Source: Planctomycetota bacterium
GTDB lineage: Bacteria; Planctomycetota; MHYJ01; JACPRB01
Reading direction: 5' to 3'
DNA length: 64,000 bases
Assembly (NCBI GenBank): GCA_035644495.1
Contig: DASQOM010000064.1
Span: 15,085-79,084, forward strand
Positions 27,982-37,630 of this stretch are shown here, piece after piece (within the stretch, counting starts at the first letter, position 1; each line of letters starts with the position of its first letter). The position numbers and the translations under genes were made by a program. The notes beneath the pieces were generated by a model, which saw only the letters and a program-made list of their open reading frames with translations, searched no databases and was not told where the DNA came from.

Positions 27982-28565
27982 AGGAGCAGCCCATGGCCCA
28001 CCCCATCGTCGATCACGAGCTGAGCAGCACGGGCGGGGCCCGCGTGGGGATCCGTCCGACGCCGGCCGGCGAGATCCTGGAGACCCGGGACTCCCGCGGC
28101 CAGCTCGTCTTCGAATTCAACGCCGCCTCGGGCCGCGCCGTCCTGCACTTCGGCGGCAGCGGCTTGAGACTCCAGGCGGTCGACGGGCGGGTCGAGATCG
28201 TCTCCGAGTCGACCATCGCCATCCGCTCGGAGGGCGGCATCGAGCTGGAGGGGGCCAGGGGGGTGCGGCTGGCCTGCGGGCCCCATGCCGCGACGGTGAC
28301 CCCGGAAGGAATCGACGTCGACGCGGCGGCAGCCCGCGTCCGCGTGGACGACGCCCGGGTGTCCTGCGGCAAGCTCGAGCAGAAGGTGGACCGCGTCCTG
28401 CTCTGGGCCAAGGACGTCTATCACCGGATCGAAGGGCTGTTGCACACGCGCGCGGGGAGGGTGCGGACGGAGGCCGAGCGTGATCACCTGGTGCAGGCGG
28501 AGCGGGCGCGGCTGCAGGCTGAAGGCGACGTCCATGTCCAGGGCCGTACGGTCAACCTAGGGTGA
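27978..28565 (+). CDS. DUF3540-like T6SS accessory protein (weak assignment)
   Basis: 195 aa, overlapping the previous stop. Size and position (DUF2169 - pentapeptide - ~200 aa protein - PAAR) match the recurring DUF2169/DUF3540 neighbourhood. I recognise no motif. Confidence 0.45.
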   Translation: MKEQPMAHPIVDHELSSTGGARVGIRPTPAGEILETRDSRGQLVFEFNAASGRAVLHFGGSGLRLQAVDGRVEIVSESTIAIRSEGGIELEGARGVRLACGPHAATVTPEGIDVDAAAARVRVDDARVSCGKLEQKVDRVLLWAKDVYHRIEGLLHTRAGRVRTEAERDHLVQAERARLQAEGDVHVQGRTVNLG

Positions 28566-28569
28566 TGCC

Positions 28570-29565
28570 ATGTTTCCTGTAGCCACCAACGGGGGCGGCC
28601 AGTTCATGGCCTTCCCCGACGTCTGCAAGACGCCGACCCCGGCGGGACCGGTCCCGCTTCCCTATCCCAATATGGGCCAGGGATCCGACGGAGAGGGGTC
28701 GAAGAAGGTGAAGATCGACAACAAGGAAACCCTGCGCAAGGGGGACAGCGTCCGCATGACGGCCGGCGACGAGGCGGGCTCGGTGGGCGGCGTCGTCTCG
28801 AGCAAGATCAAGGGGAAGGTCGACATCGTCATGGGCTGGCCTTCGGTGAAGGCGGAGGGCAAGGAGGTCGCCCATCTGCTGGCCTCGTCCGACCACAACG
28901 GGTCCAGCCCGGGCAATACTGCGGTGCTGGGCAAGTACATCGCGCCCGGTCAGACCAAAGTAAAGGTCATGAAAGTCAAGGGGGTCCGGCGCCGGGTTCA
29001 CAAGAAGGTGAGGAAGTATCATCCCTCGCGCGATGCTTCCGGGCAGGATCCGGCGTTCTCCCCGACGCCCCAGATGAAGAAGGACGCCAAAACGGCGGCG
29101 AAATCCACCGACGCCACAAAGAAGAAGAAGGCCAGCGAGGATCTCGGCGACGGCGGGGCCCAGAACGCGGGCGAGGAGATGGCGAAGCGGGACTATCAGG
29201 GGCTGGCCAAGCCTCCTCAGAGTCCCACCGCCGACAATCCCATATCCTTCGGCGGCCGGAGCACGACGGACGTGGTCACGTTCTGCAAGGACGGGACCAT
29301 CCTGATCTTCGAGGCGAAGGGCGGCGCATCGCCGCTCGGCACCGCCATGGCCGGCACCAAGCGCATGCAGCAGGGGACGCCCAAGTATCTCGACGAGATC
29401 CTCGATCGCATGGAGAAGGCGGGCGGCGACAAGAAGGCGGTTGCGGACAAGATCAAGGCACAGATGCAGGCGGACCCGAGCAAGGTGCGGTACTGCGAGG
29501 CCCGCACCGAATACGACGCCAATGGCGATCCGGCCGACACGGTGATCAAAGAGTTCGACCCGTAG
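28570..29565 (+). CDS. PAAR-like (DUF4150) T6SS effector with C-terminal PD-(D/E)xK nuclease-like domain
   Basis: N-terminus FMAFPDVCKTPTPAGPVPLPYPN is the DUF4150/PAAR-like signature. It is followed by a Lys-rich linker (KKKKASEDLGDGG). The C-terminal domain has TTDVVTFCKDGTILIFEAKGG, a D-x10-E-x-K restriction-endonuclease-fold motif. Confidence 0.7.
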   Translation: MFPVATNGGGQFMAFPDVCKTPTPAGPVPLPYPNMGQGSDGEGSKKVKIDNKETLRKGDSVRMTAGDEAGSVGGVVSSKIKGKVDIVMGWPSVKAEGKEVAHLLASSDHNGSSPGNTAVLGKYIAPGQTKVKVMKVKGVRRRVHKKVRKYHPSRDASGQDPAFSPTPQMKKDAKTAAKSTDATKKKKASEDLGDGGAQNAGEEMAKRDYQGLAKPPQSPTADNPISFGGRSTTDVVTFCKDGTILIFEAKGGASPLGTAMAGTKRMQQGTPKYLDEILDRMEKAGGDKKAVADKIKAQMQADPSKVRYCEARTEYDANGDPADTVIKEFDP

Positions 29566-29581
29566 GGAGAGAGAGGACGCC

Positions 29582-30355
29582 ATGCCCAGGACACTCGGAC
29601 ACAAGTTCAAGCCGGACAGGTTCCAGGATACCTACGATTTCTGGACCCGTCAGCAGGGGGTGCTGTATCCCGGCCGCGCCGAAGCCCGGAAGAAGCAGAA
29701 CGTCAAGCTGTTCTGGGGCATCTTCGAAAACGGACTGAAGCTGTTCCGGATCGGCTACCTGCTGGACGAGCCGTTTCCCTCGCTGATCAAGAAGGCCCGC
29801 GAGGCCCTGCCGGAACTGATTCCGGCGATGGAGCTGGGATATGCGTTCGAGCCCGACAAGATCCAGGATGCGCTGTGCCTGGCGCTGACCGTCCGTCTTC
29901 CCAAGATGATCGACTGGTTGGCCGATCTGCCCCGCGACGCCTATACGGATCCCAGCGTCGAGGTCAGCGGGATCGCCTTTCTCATCACGGAGGCGATCCA
30001 GGCCGGCGCGAAGGGGAACCGGAAGGCGTTTGACGCGGCCGTGAAGAAACTCCGGCCGGCGATGGCTCCCAAGAAGCTCCTGGTGAGCCCGCGCCAGGAG
30101 ACCGCCATCTACGCTCCGATCGTGGACCTTCTGGAAGCCGTCTCCGCGGGCGACCCGGCGCAATTCGAGAAGGCCTGGAAGGCCAAGGGCGACGCGTGGA
30201 AGAAGACCTACTCGAGAGCGAGCGAGGCCGGGAACTTCGACGGGATCCTCGACATCACCGCGCTTGGCATTGCCCGTATCGCCGAAGGGTTCGGCATGAA
30301 GATTCCGGCCACCCATCCCTATGCGCCGCTCGATATTCTCGGAGCCGCCAAGTGA
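29582..30355 (+). CDS. Hypothetical protein; candidate immunity protein for the upstream effector
   Basis: 257-aa ORF 16 nt downstream of the effector. No recognisable domain. Position typical of a cognate immunity gene. Confidence 0.4.
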   Translation: MPRTLGHKFKPDRFQDTYDFWTRQQGVLYPGRAEARKKQNVKLFWGIFENGLKLFRIGYLLDEPFPSLIKKAREALPELIPAMELGYAFEPDKIQDALCLALTVRLPKMIDWLADLPRDAYTDPSVEVSGIAFLITEAIQAGAKGNRKAFDAAVKKLRPAMAPKKLLVSPRQETAIYAPIVDLLEAVSAGDPAQFEKAWKAKGDAWKKTYSRASEAGNFDGILDITALGIARIAEGFGMKIPATHPYAPLDILGAAK

Positions 30356-30948
30356 GCTCGAGTCTCCGCTTCTTCTCGGTAAGCTGGAAGGAACTCTCCG
30401 GCGCCATCGGCAGCCACCATCAGGGGCTGTATCGGAAGCTCCTGAAGATCGCGGAACCGATCTTCGAGGAGGTCTACGAGGCGTCGAGTTTCCGGGGAGG
30501 TCCTGACCTCGCCGAAGGCATCGACCGCTGGATCCAGGGGGAGGTCGTGGAAGAAGGACAGACCGGGGTCCGGGTCCAGTCGCTCGGCGACGCGCTCGGC
30601 TTCCTCTCGCTGATCCAGTATTTCGGAAAGGAAGTGGGGAGCCTCGAGCATACCTCTTCATCGTTCGACCAATTCGAGAGATTCCTGCTGGGTCCGGCGA
30701 CGACGGCGCTCCGGCCGCCGGTCCCCCTGACGCAGCTCCGGTCGCGTCCGATCCTGGGGGTGGAGAGCGGCCAGGACGCGCTCTGGGGAGGGCTCAGCCG
30801 GGAAGAGCTGTCGGCGCTTGCGTCGCCGCTTTCGGGTGATCCGCCCCAACCCCCCGACCAAGACGACGCCCTCTGGATGGTGCCGCTCTGGGATTCGCTC
30901 GGCTCCGCCCTCGATCTCGGCAAGGACCTGATAACGATTTACGCCTGA
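30352..30948 (+). CDS. Hypothetical protein (second candidate immunity/accessory gene)
   Basis: GTG start overlapping the upstream stop (GTGA), with no ATG available. 198 aa. Protein-like composition. Confidence 0.35.
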   Translation: MSSSLRFFSVSWKELSGAIGSHHQGLYRKLLKIAEPIFEEVYEASSFRGGPDLAEGIDRWIQGEVVEEGQTGVRVQSLGDALGFLSLIQYFGKEVGSLEHTSSSFDQFERFLLGPATTALRPPVPLTQLRSRPILGVESGQDALWGGLSREELSALASPLSGDPPQPPDQDDALWMVPLWDSLGSALDLGKDLITIYA

Positions 30949-31029
30949 CGCAGCCCGTTCTTTGTGGCTGCAACCGGGGTCCGACGCTAAGATGAGCCCG
31001 CTCGAGACTGGGAAGGTGGGAATGTCGCG

Positions 31030-32949
31030 ATGATCCTCAAGACCCGGGAGTCCGTCCTGGAGCGGGTCCGCGGCGGACTCCCCTTCAAGGACGTCATCGT
31101 CCTGGACGCCGATCTCTCCAAGGCCGACCTCCGGAAAGCCAACTTCAGCGAGGGACACTTCCAGAACGTGCTGTTCGAGGGCACCGACCTGACCGGCGCG
31201 CTCTTCGTTTCCGCGGACCTCCTCAACGTCGCCCTCCGCGGGGCCAATCTCACGGGCGCGGATCTGACGGGCGTCCAGCTGACGGGAACCGATATTTCCG
31301 GAACCACCTTGACCCGCGCCAGCCTCGGAAACCTCGACCTGGCCGGCGTCCTCCTCGGCAGCAAGAATCTCTCCCAGACCCAGTGGGCCTCCTCCAACCT
31401 GCGCAGCGCCGACCTCTCCGGATCCGACCTGACCGGCGCCCAGTTCCGCGGCACCTCGCTTCGCGCCGCGCGGCTCGTCGGCGTGAAGTTCGGGGGCGCC
31501 ACGATCACCAACGCCGACTTCACGGGCGCCGACCTTTCCGACGCCGTCCTCGACCGGTCAACGTTCAGCCAGGTGGACTTCACGAGCGCCAACGCCCCGG
31601 GCGCGACCTGGGCCGGGTCGGTCCTGGACCAGGTGAATTTCCAGGGGGCCGATCTGCACGGAGCCAGATCTTTCCCCAAGGCGCCGAAGGACTGCGTGTT
31701 CAATCGCGTCGACCTGTCCGAGTCCGACCTCTCGGGCTTCGACGCCCCGAAGGTCCGGATGCGGGGCGCGAACCTGACGAGCTGCAACCTGGAGGGGAGC
31801 AAGCTTGCGGGTGCGGATCTCGTCGAGTCCCGCATGATCGGCGCCGGGCTGACGGGGGCGGACCTGTCGGGCGCGGACCTCAGCCGCGCCGTGCTCGAGG
31901 GCGTCCGCCTGAAGAAGGCGAATCTGAAGGGTGCCACGCTGATGAAGGTCCGTCTCAACCGGGCGATCCTCGAGGACGCCGTGCTCGACGAGGCCAAGCT
32001 CTATGAGACGGACCTCCGCGAGGCGAACGTTCCCTCGATCCCCGGCGGACTCCTCGGCGGGGCAAATATGGCCGGCCTCGATCTGGCCGGCCGCGATTTT
32101 TCCGGCGCCGACCTGTCCAAGGTGGATCTCCGGGGGGCGCGGCTGACCAAGTCGAACCTGTCCGGCACCGACCTGACCGAGGCCATCCTCGCCGGCGCGG
32201 TCCTGGACGGCGCGGACCTCCAGCAGGCGATGCTGTCCGGCGTCGACCTGACCCGTGTCAAGCTGGCCGGCGCGAACCTGCTCGGCGCGCAGATCGAGCG
32301 CTGCAAGCTCGACGACGCCGACCTGAGCGGCTGCAAGCTCGAGGGCGCGGACCTCAAGGGGCTCGACCTCAAACGCACGAAGTTCAAGGGCGCCGCCCTG
32401 GTGAAATGCGCGATGGCCGGGTCCGATCTCACCGGCGCCGACCTGTCGGGCTGCGATCTCACCGATGCCGACTTCACCGGCGCGAAGCTGGGCGGGGCGA
32501 ACCTGAGCCATGCCAGCCTCAAGGGATGCACCTTCGAAGCGGCCGACCTGATGCAGGCCCGCTTTGAGGAGGCCAGCGGCGTCTCCACGTTCTTCGGGCA
32601 GGCGAAGCTGTCCAAGTCGAATTTCGTCCGCGCCAGGCTCAAGTCGGCCTGCTTCCAGGGCGCCCAGCTGGACGGGGCGGATTTCTCCGGGGTGGCCATG
32701 GCGGAAGGCTGGTTCGTCGAGGCCGATGTCCGCTCGGCGAGGTTTCTCAACGCCCAGCTGACCTTCGCCGACTTTTCCCACGCCAAGATCCAGCAGGCCG
32801 ACTTTTCGGGCGCGGACCTCTCCGGCGCCAATCTGCACGCGACCCTGGAGTCCGAAGCCCGGTTCCAGGGAGCCAACCTGAAACAGGTCCGGCATACGGA
32901 CCCTGAGCTACTGGATGCCGAGTTATGGAAACCACTGAAGCCAAAGTAG
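31030..32949 (+). CDS. Pentapeptide-repeat protein (639 aa)
   Basis: Almost the entire protein is tandem A(D/N)LxG pentapeptide repeats (GADLTGVQLTGTDISG...GADLSGANLHA). Confidence 0.85.
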   Translation: MILKTRESVLERVRGGLPFKDVIVLDADLSKADLRKANFSEGHFQNVLFEGTDLTGALFVSADLLNVALRGANLTGADLTGVQLTGTDISGTTLTRASLGNLDLAGVLLGSKNLSQTQWASSNLRSADLSGSDLTGAQFRGTSLRAARLVGVKFGGATITNADFTGADLSDAVLDRSTFSQVDFTSANAPGATWAGSVLDQVNFQGADLHGARSFPKAPKDCVFNRVDLSESDLSGFDAPKVRMRGANLTSCNLEGSKLAGADLVESRMIGAGLTGADLSGADLSRAVLEGVRLKKANLKGATLMKVRLNRAILEDAVLDEAKLYETDLREANVPSIPGGLLGGANMAGLDLAGRDFSGADLSKVDLRGARLTKSNLSGTDLTEAILAGAVLDGADLQQAMLSGVDLTRVKLAGANLLGAQIERCKLDDADLSGCKLEGADLKGLDLKRTKFKGAALVKCAMAGSDLTGADLSGCDLTDADFTGAKLGGANLSHASLKGCTFEAADLMQARFEEASGVSTFFGQAKLSKSNFVRARLKSACFQGAQLDGADFSGVAMAEGWFVEADVRSARFLNAQLTFADFSHAKIQQADFSGADLSGANLHATLESEARFQGANLKQVRHTDPELLDAELWKPLKPK

Positions 32950-33015
32950 TTAAGATTGGGCAAAGACCGGACTGTTGTAACCCGTGGGGCCGTCGGGTCG
33001 TCTTATTGTAGTTCC

Positions 33016-33046
33016 TTGACAGCCCCGAGCGAAGCCGTGAATAATG
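33016..33046 (+). promoter_or_regulatory. Sigma70-type promoter (TTGACA-N17-TGaATAAT) upstream of the metallopeptidase gene
   Basis: A perfect -35 TTGACA at 33016-33021, a 17-18 bp spacer, and an extended -10-like GTGAATAAT, in an AT-rich patch of an otherwise ~70% GC sequence. Confidence 0.35.
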
Positions 33047-33155
33047 AAAACCTCCGGGCCACGAGGAAGGGAAAATCCTGCTGTAGGATGAATAATATAG
33101 GCCGGCCGGGGCTGGGGCCCCGAGACACCGGTCGAGAGATTGAGGAGGCCGCGAC

Positions 33156-33719
33156 ATGTTCAAAGTGAAGGGCGAAGGTCTGTCACCCGCCGAAACGACG
33201 GCGATCACCAACATCTGCTCGAGAGTCGCGGCGGCTGCCGCGCAGGCGGCCAACATGAAGGCCGGGAATCGAGGGAAGTGGTTCGGCACCATGGCCAACT
33301 CGGACGTTCTGCTCGGCAATCTGCGGACGATGGACAAGTACCTCAACAAGCAGTGCACGCAGCTCACGTTCGTCCGAAAGGCCACCGGGCAGATCATCGA
33401 CTCCGTGAACGCCGAGGATTCCGATTACGGCCAGGTGCTGCCGAACGTCTTCTCGACGACGGTGGGATTCAAGCAGACCACGAAGCACGTCAGCTCCGGC
33501 CTGCGGATCTTCGCGATGAACGAGCTGATCCGGGCGATCGCGACGAACGACATCAAGGAGCAGCTCAACTACGTCTATCACGAGGTCAGCCACAAGGTGC
33601 TGGACACCATGGATTATAAGTACGGGAAGCCGAAGTGCAAGGCCCTCGCCATCAACAACCCCGGCCGCGCGGTGAAGAACGCCGACAACTACGGGTACTT
33701 CATCTGCGAGGTGGCGTAG
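33156..33719 (+). CDS. Small zinc metallopeptidase, M35/aspzincin-like (HEVSH + TMDYKYG)
   Basis: 187 aa. HEVSHKVLDTMDYKYG matches HExxH followed closely by the GTxDxxYG aspzincin motif. No signal peptide. Own promoter. Confidence 0.5.
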   Translation: MFKVKGEGLSPAETTAITNICSRVAAAAAQAANMKAGNRGKWFGTMANSDVLLGNLRTMDKYLNKQCTQLTFVRKATGQIIDSVNAEDSDYGQVLPNVFSTTVGFKQTTKHVSSGLRIFAMNELIRAIATNDIKEQLNYVYHEVSHKVLDTMDYKYGKPKCKALAINNPGRAVKNADNYGYFICEVA

Positions 33720-33736
33720 TTCCGGCCTGACCGGAT

Positions 33737-36685
33737 TCAGGGCCCTGGCTGACGGAGTTTTCCACGGACCGAGTCGGCCAGGGCCTTGAAGGCCGCCTCC
33801 CCCGCCTTCTGCTGCTCGAGAACCACGACGAAGGGACCCCGTCTCAGGATTCTGAAGTGGGCGGGATTCCGGCCCTGCTTTTTGCGCGTCTCTTCGAGCA
33901 GCGTCCCCCAGGCCGTCGCCATCGTCTCTTCCTTCAGCTCGTAGACGTCGATCTTCGTCTCGCTCGGATCGACCATCGCCTCCCACCAGCCCTTGACCTC
34001 CGACGAGGTCGAGCGGCCCAGGCGGGGATTCGGGCTGAGCACGGGCGCGCGGTCGAGGTAAAGCGAGCCCTTGGGAAGATCCGCGGTACGGAGCGCAAAG
34101 TCCTCCACGGAGGGAGGCCCGAGGCGCATCTTCCTGCGGAGCACCGGCTCCAGGGCCTCGAGCACCGGCCAGGCGCTCTCCGGCCCGCTCACCCACGCGA
34201 GCACCGTGTCCTTGATGAGGACGATGTCGCCGGGGTGCGAGGGCTGCTCCCGCCGCAGCTTCTCCACCAGGCCGTAGTCGAAGGTCTGCTGGAACTTGCA
34301 GGCGAGCGACACGTCCTTCCCCTTGATCGTGCAGGCGTAGTTCCTCCGGTCGATCGCCTCGTCGACGATCTCAAATCCGGCGGGCAGGTCCGACGGCTGG
34401 AGCCTCGCGGACATCAGCTGGAGCGGCCGCGGATGGTTGCGGTCCCAGCCGAACTTCTCGCGGACAAAATTCTCGATCGCGTCGAGGGATTCGTCGTCGG
34501 GAGCCTCCACGCCCCAGCACAGGCCGTGGCCGTCCGTCCCCGCTCCGCGCTTCGACAGCGCGTCATTGAACGCGCTGCGGTGCGTGCTGTCCGCGGGCTG
34601 GAAGATCACGATCGACCCGTGCGGCTTGAGGACGGCCCGCCAGGCGCGCCGGACCTCCGACGCCTGCACGCCCTTGATGGGGATCTGTTTGAGGATGGCG
34701 CGGACGTCGGTCTCCACGGAGTCGAAGCGGTATCCGTCGGGAAGCTCCGCTTCCACGGGGACGACGCTGTCGAAGGTGTAGTCGTCCGTGCCCATGCAGA
34801 TCCGGAGTTTTCCGGCCACCTTCTCGTACGCGCCGATCTGGCGGCCGCGGAGCGCCATCGCCAGGATCGTCCGGCCCGCCACGCAGGACTCCGTCCGCGT
34901 CGCGTCCTTGCGGATGGCCTGGAGGATGGAGGCCTCCTCGGTCTTCGCGCGCGCGGCCGTGTCGTAGAGGGCCGCCACGACGACGATGCCCCCCTTCTGA
35001 TCCGCGTGGTACATCGACTGCTCCGAACCCGCGACCAGCCCCGTCTTCGACAGGACGGAAGGGTTGAGCGATTCGATCATCCAGTCCTCGGGGAGCTCGC
35101 CCTTCTCCACCGTCAGGCTGTCCAGCGGCACGTCGGGCACCAGGGCGGGAAGCCCCAGTTTCTTCTGGAGCATCTCGACGAGCTGCGCGAACGCGTAGCG
35201 GTTCTGCGGGTGGATGGCCCAGGCCAGGACCAGCAGCGGGCCCTTCCGGTGCGTCCACTTGTGCTTCAGCGGCTCGAGCCCGAGGAACGTCTTCTCGATG
35301 CGCTCCGCCGCGGGCGTCTCGATCGCGGCGAAGGCGACCGACCAGCGCCACCAGGCGGCCACGTACCCCTGCTTGATCTCCGAGCGGTCGATGTTCTGAA
35401 GCCCGACGCCGTCGAGATTCTTGATCAGGATGTCGATGTCGGCCGGATCCTTGACCGGCATGGGGTTGCGCGGGAACTCGGTGCCGGTCTGCTGGTAAAC
35501 AAAGCCGCCCGGCCGCTCCTCGGGGGAGAAGTAGAGCTTCGTGAGGTCCACCGCTTCCACGGGAGCGTCGACCTTGACCACCGCCGGCGGCGTCGGGGGC
35601 ACGATCGCGGGGGGCGTCGCCGCCGGAGGGCTCTTGAGGAGGGCGACGCCCGCGAGGAGGACGGCCGCCGCGGTGACCACGCCCATGGCGATCATCGGGC
35701 GATTGGCGCTCTTCTTCGCAGGCTTGGGGGTGATCACCGTGGGCATATAAGACTCGGCCGAAGTCCCCACGGTGGTCGCCTTCGTCACGGCGTCCTTGAT
35801 GTCGCCGGCGTTCTGATATCGCCGGTCGGGCGACTTTTCCAGCGCTTTGAGGACGACTTCGTCGAGGCGGACGTCGATCTTGACCATCTTGGAGGGCATC
35901 TCGAAGCGGCCGATGGGCAGCTCGCCGGTCAGCATCTCGTAGAGGACGACGCCGATGGCATAGATGTCGGCGCGGTGGTCGACGGACTTCGGGTTCTCGA
36001 CCTGCTCCGGCGCCATATAGTGCGGGGTGCCCATGACCATGTTGGTCATGGTCAGGTTGACCGGGGCGTCGGCGCCGACGAGCTTGGCCAGACCGAAGTC
36101 GGCGATCTTCACGCGGCCGCGCTTGTCGAGGAGGATGTTCTCCGGCTTGATGTCGCGATGGACGACGCCTTCGCCGTGGGCATATTCGAGGGCGTCGCAG
36201 ATCTGCGGGACGATCTTCAGCCCCTGCTCCGGGGTGAGCTTCCGGTCGCGGAGGATCTGGCGGAGGTTGGTGCCGTCGATGAACTCCATCGCGAAGAAGA
36301 AGAAGCCGCCCTCGGCGCCGAAGTCGTAGACGGCGACGATGTTGGGGTGGCTGAGGGAGCCGAGCGCCTTGGCCTCGCGGATGAAGCGGTTCTGGAAATC
36401 GGGGTCGAGGGCCAGCTTCAGGGGGAGGATCTTGAGGGCGACCATGCGGTCGAGCGCGGGCTGGCGCGCCTTATAGACGACGCCCATGCCGCCCCTGCCC
36501 AGCAGTTCGAGGATCTCCAGCCCGTGGAACGACTGGCCGGTCTTGAGAGGCAGATCTTCAGGCGGGGCGGTGGGTTCCGTCGACTTCTGCGCGAACCCCG
36601 CCATGCACTTGGAGCAGAGGTCCCCGGAAAAGAGGCTGCCGCAGGTGGAGCATTTTTTCATGGTATTCATATCCCCACCCTGCAT
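33737..36685 (-). CDS. Membrane Ser/Thr protein kinase with N-terminal Cys4 zinc ribbon and large extracytoplasmic C-terminal domain
   Basis: 982 aa. [16 protein letters not shown]; kinase motifs [38 protein letters not shown] helix near residue 330, then ~620 aa of unknown C-terminal domain. Confidence 0.9.
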   Translation of the reverse strand: MQGGDMNTMKKCSTCGSLFSGDLCSKCMAGFAQKSTEPTAPPEDLPLKTGQSFHGLEILELLGRGGMGVVYKARQPALDRMVALKILPLKLALDPDFQNRFIREAKALGSLSHPNIVAVYDFGAEGGFFFFAMEFIDGTNLRQILRDRKLTPEQGLKIVPQICDALEYAHGEGVVHRDIKPENILLDKRGRVKIADFGLAKLVGADAPVNLTMTNMVMGTPHYMAPEQVENPKSVDHRADIYAIGVVLYEMLTGELPIGRFEMPSKMVKIDVRLDEVVLKALEKSPDRRYQNAGDIKDAVTKATTVGTSAESYMPTVITPKPAKKSANRPMIAMGVVTAAAVLLAGVALLKSPPAATPPAIVPPTPPAVVKVDAPVEAVDLTKLYFSPEERPGGFVYQQTGTEFPRNPMPVKDPADIDILIKNLDGVGLQNIDRSEIKQGYVAAWWRWSVAFAAIETPAAERIEKTFLGLEPLKHKWTHRKGPLLVLAWAIHPQNRYAFAQLVEMLQKKLGLPALVPDVPLDSLTVEKGELPEDWMIESLNPSVLSKTGLVAGSEQSMYHADQKGGIVVVAALYDTAARAKTEEASILQAIRKDATRTESCVAGRTILAMALRGRQIGAYEKVAGKLRICMGTDDYTFDSVVPVEAELPDGYRFDSVETDVRAILKQIPIKGVQASEVRRAWRAVLKPHGSIVIFQPADSTHRSAFNDALSKRGAGTDGHGLCWGVEAPDDESLDAIENFVREKFGWDRNHPRPLQLMSARLQPSDLPAGFEIVDEAIDRRNYACTIKGKDVSLACKFQQTFDYGLVEKLRREQPSHPGDIVLIKDTVLAWVSGPESAWPVLEALEPVLRRKMRLGPPSVEDFALRTADLPKGSLYLDRAPVLSPNPRLGRSTSSEVKGWWEAMVDPSETKIDVYELKEETMATAWGTLLEETRKKQGRNPAHFRILRRGPFVVVLEQQKAGEAAFKALADSVRGKLRQPGP

Positions 36686-36752
36686 AGAAGCCTCTTTTCT
36701 CCGTGGTTACATCGACGTGATGATATTCCTGCGCCGCAGGATTGTCATCAGT

Positions 36753-37442
36753 TCAGGCCAGTGCCGCAAACAGTTCCTGGAGTTCCTCGTCCACTTCGGC
36801 TTTCCGCTCCACCGTCCGGGCGACCTCCTCCTTCAGGAGGTCCCGGTAGCGGCGCCGGGAGCGGTGGATGATGACCTTGACGTTGGATTCCGACAGCCCC
36901 AGCCGGACGGCCACCTCCTTCAGGGTGCCCGGCTGGCCGGCCGTGATGTATTCGCGGAGGGCGTCGAAACGGGGGCCCATCTCGTCCTTGAGCACCGTCA
37001 GCGCCTGGTTGATGAGCCCCACGGCCCATTCCCGCCGGTATGTCTGCTCGGGGCTGGCCTCCCCGGCCCGGGTCAGCATCTCCTCGGCGCCTTCGAAGTC
37101 CAGGCTCAGGGGTTTTACCCCGCGCTTCAGCGCCTTGCGGCGGTCGTATTCGTTCGACAGATAGTGCTCCAGGCAGGCGAGCAGGAAGCTGCGGAACTTG
37201 CCTTTGGTCTTGGTCACCCGGGCCAGGGAGTCGCGCTCGATGAAGTCGCCGAAGAAGCCCTGCGTCAGGTCCTTGGCGTCCTCGACGTCATGCCCCTTCC
37301 GGCGGATGTAGTAGTAGCACGGCTTCCAGTACCGTTCCACCAGCGCGCCGAGTTCCTTCTTGTCCCGCGCCTTCAGGATGATGGTCCAGGCAGTCTGACC
37401 GAAGGTCCGGTCCCCGCCTCCCATCGTGGTTTCGCGTCCCAT
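36753..37442 (-). CDS. ECF-type sigma-70 family factor (STK-associated)
   Basis: 229 aa. A sigma-2-like region and a C-terminal sigma-4-like HTH (LKEVAVRLGLSESNVKVIIHRSRRRYRDLL). Immediately upstream of and co-directional with the kinase gene. Confidence 0.75.
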   Translation of the reverse strand: MGRETTMGGGDRTFGQTAWTIILKARDKKELGALVERYWKPCYYYIRRKGHDVEDAKDLTQGFFGDFIERDSLARVTKTKGKFRSFLLACLEHYLSNEYDRRKALKRGVKPLSLDFEGAEEMLTRAGEASPEQTYRREWAVGLINQALTVLKDEMGPRFDALREYITAGQPGTLKEVAVRLGLSESNVKVIIHRSRRRYRDLLKEEVARTVERKAEVDEELQELFAALA

Positions 37443-37630
37443 GCGTTGTCGTCCAGCGACCGTCCCCAGGGGTCAATCCGGGATAAAACAGACGGTCTGT
37501 TTTATTCCGGGTGGGACAGGGTGTCCCGTGGATCCCGCAGTTCTGAATACTATAGTATTGGCTTCCCTTTTGCTTGACAACACTTCGCGGGCTGATGCAT
37601 ATGTAGCCTCATCTGGGGGAGAATCTAGCC

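Noticed and set aside
33720-33770. Inverted repeat AGGGCCCTGGC...GCCAGGGCCT spanning the kinase stop codon
   Set aside because: It has a large (~25 nt) loop, lies mostly inside the coding sequence, and has no adjacent T-tract; not convincing as a terminator.
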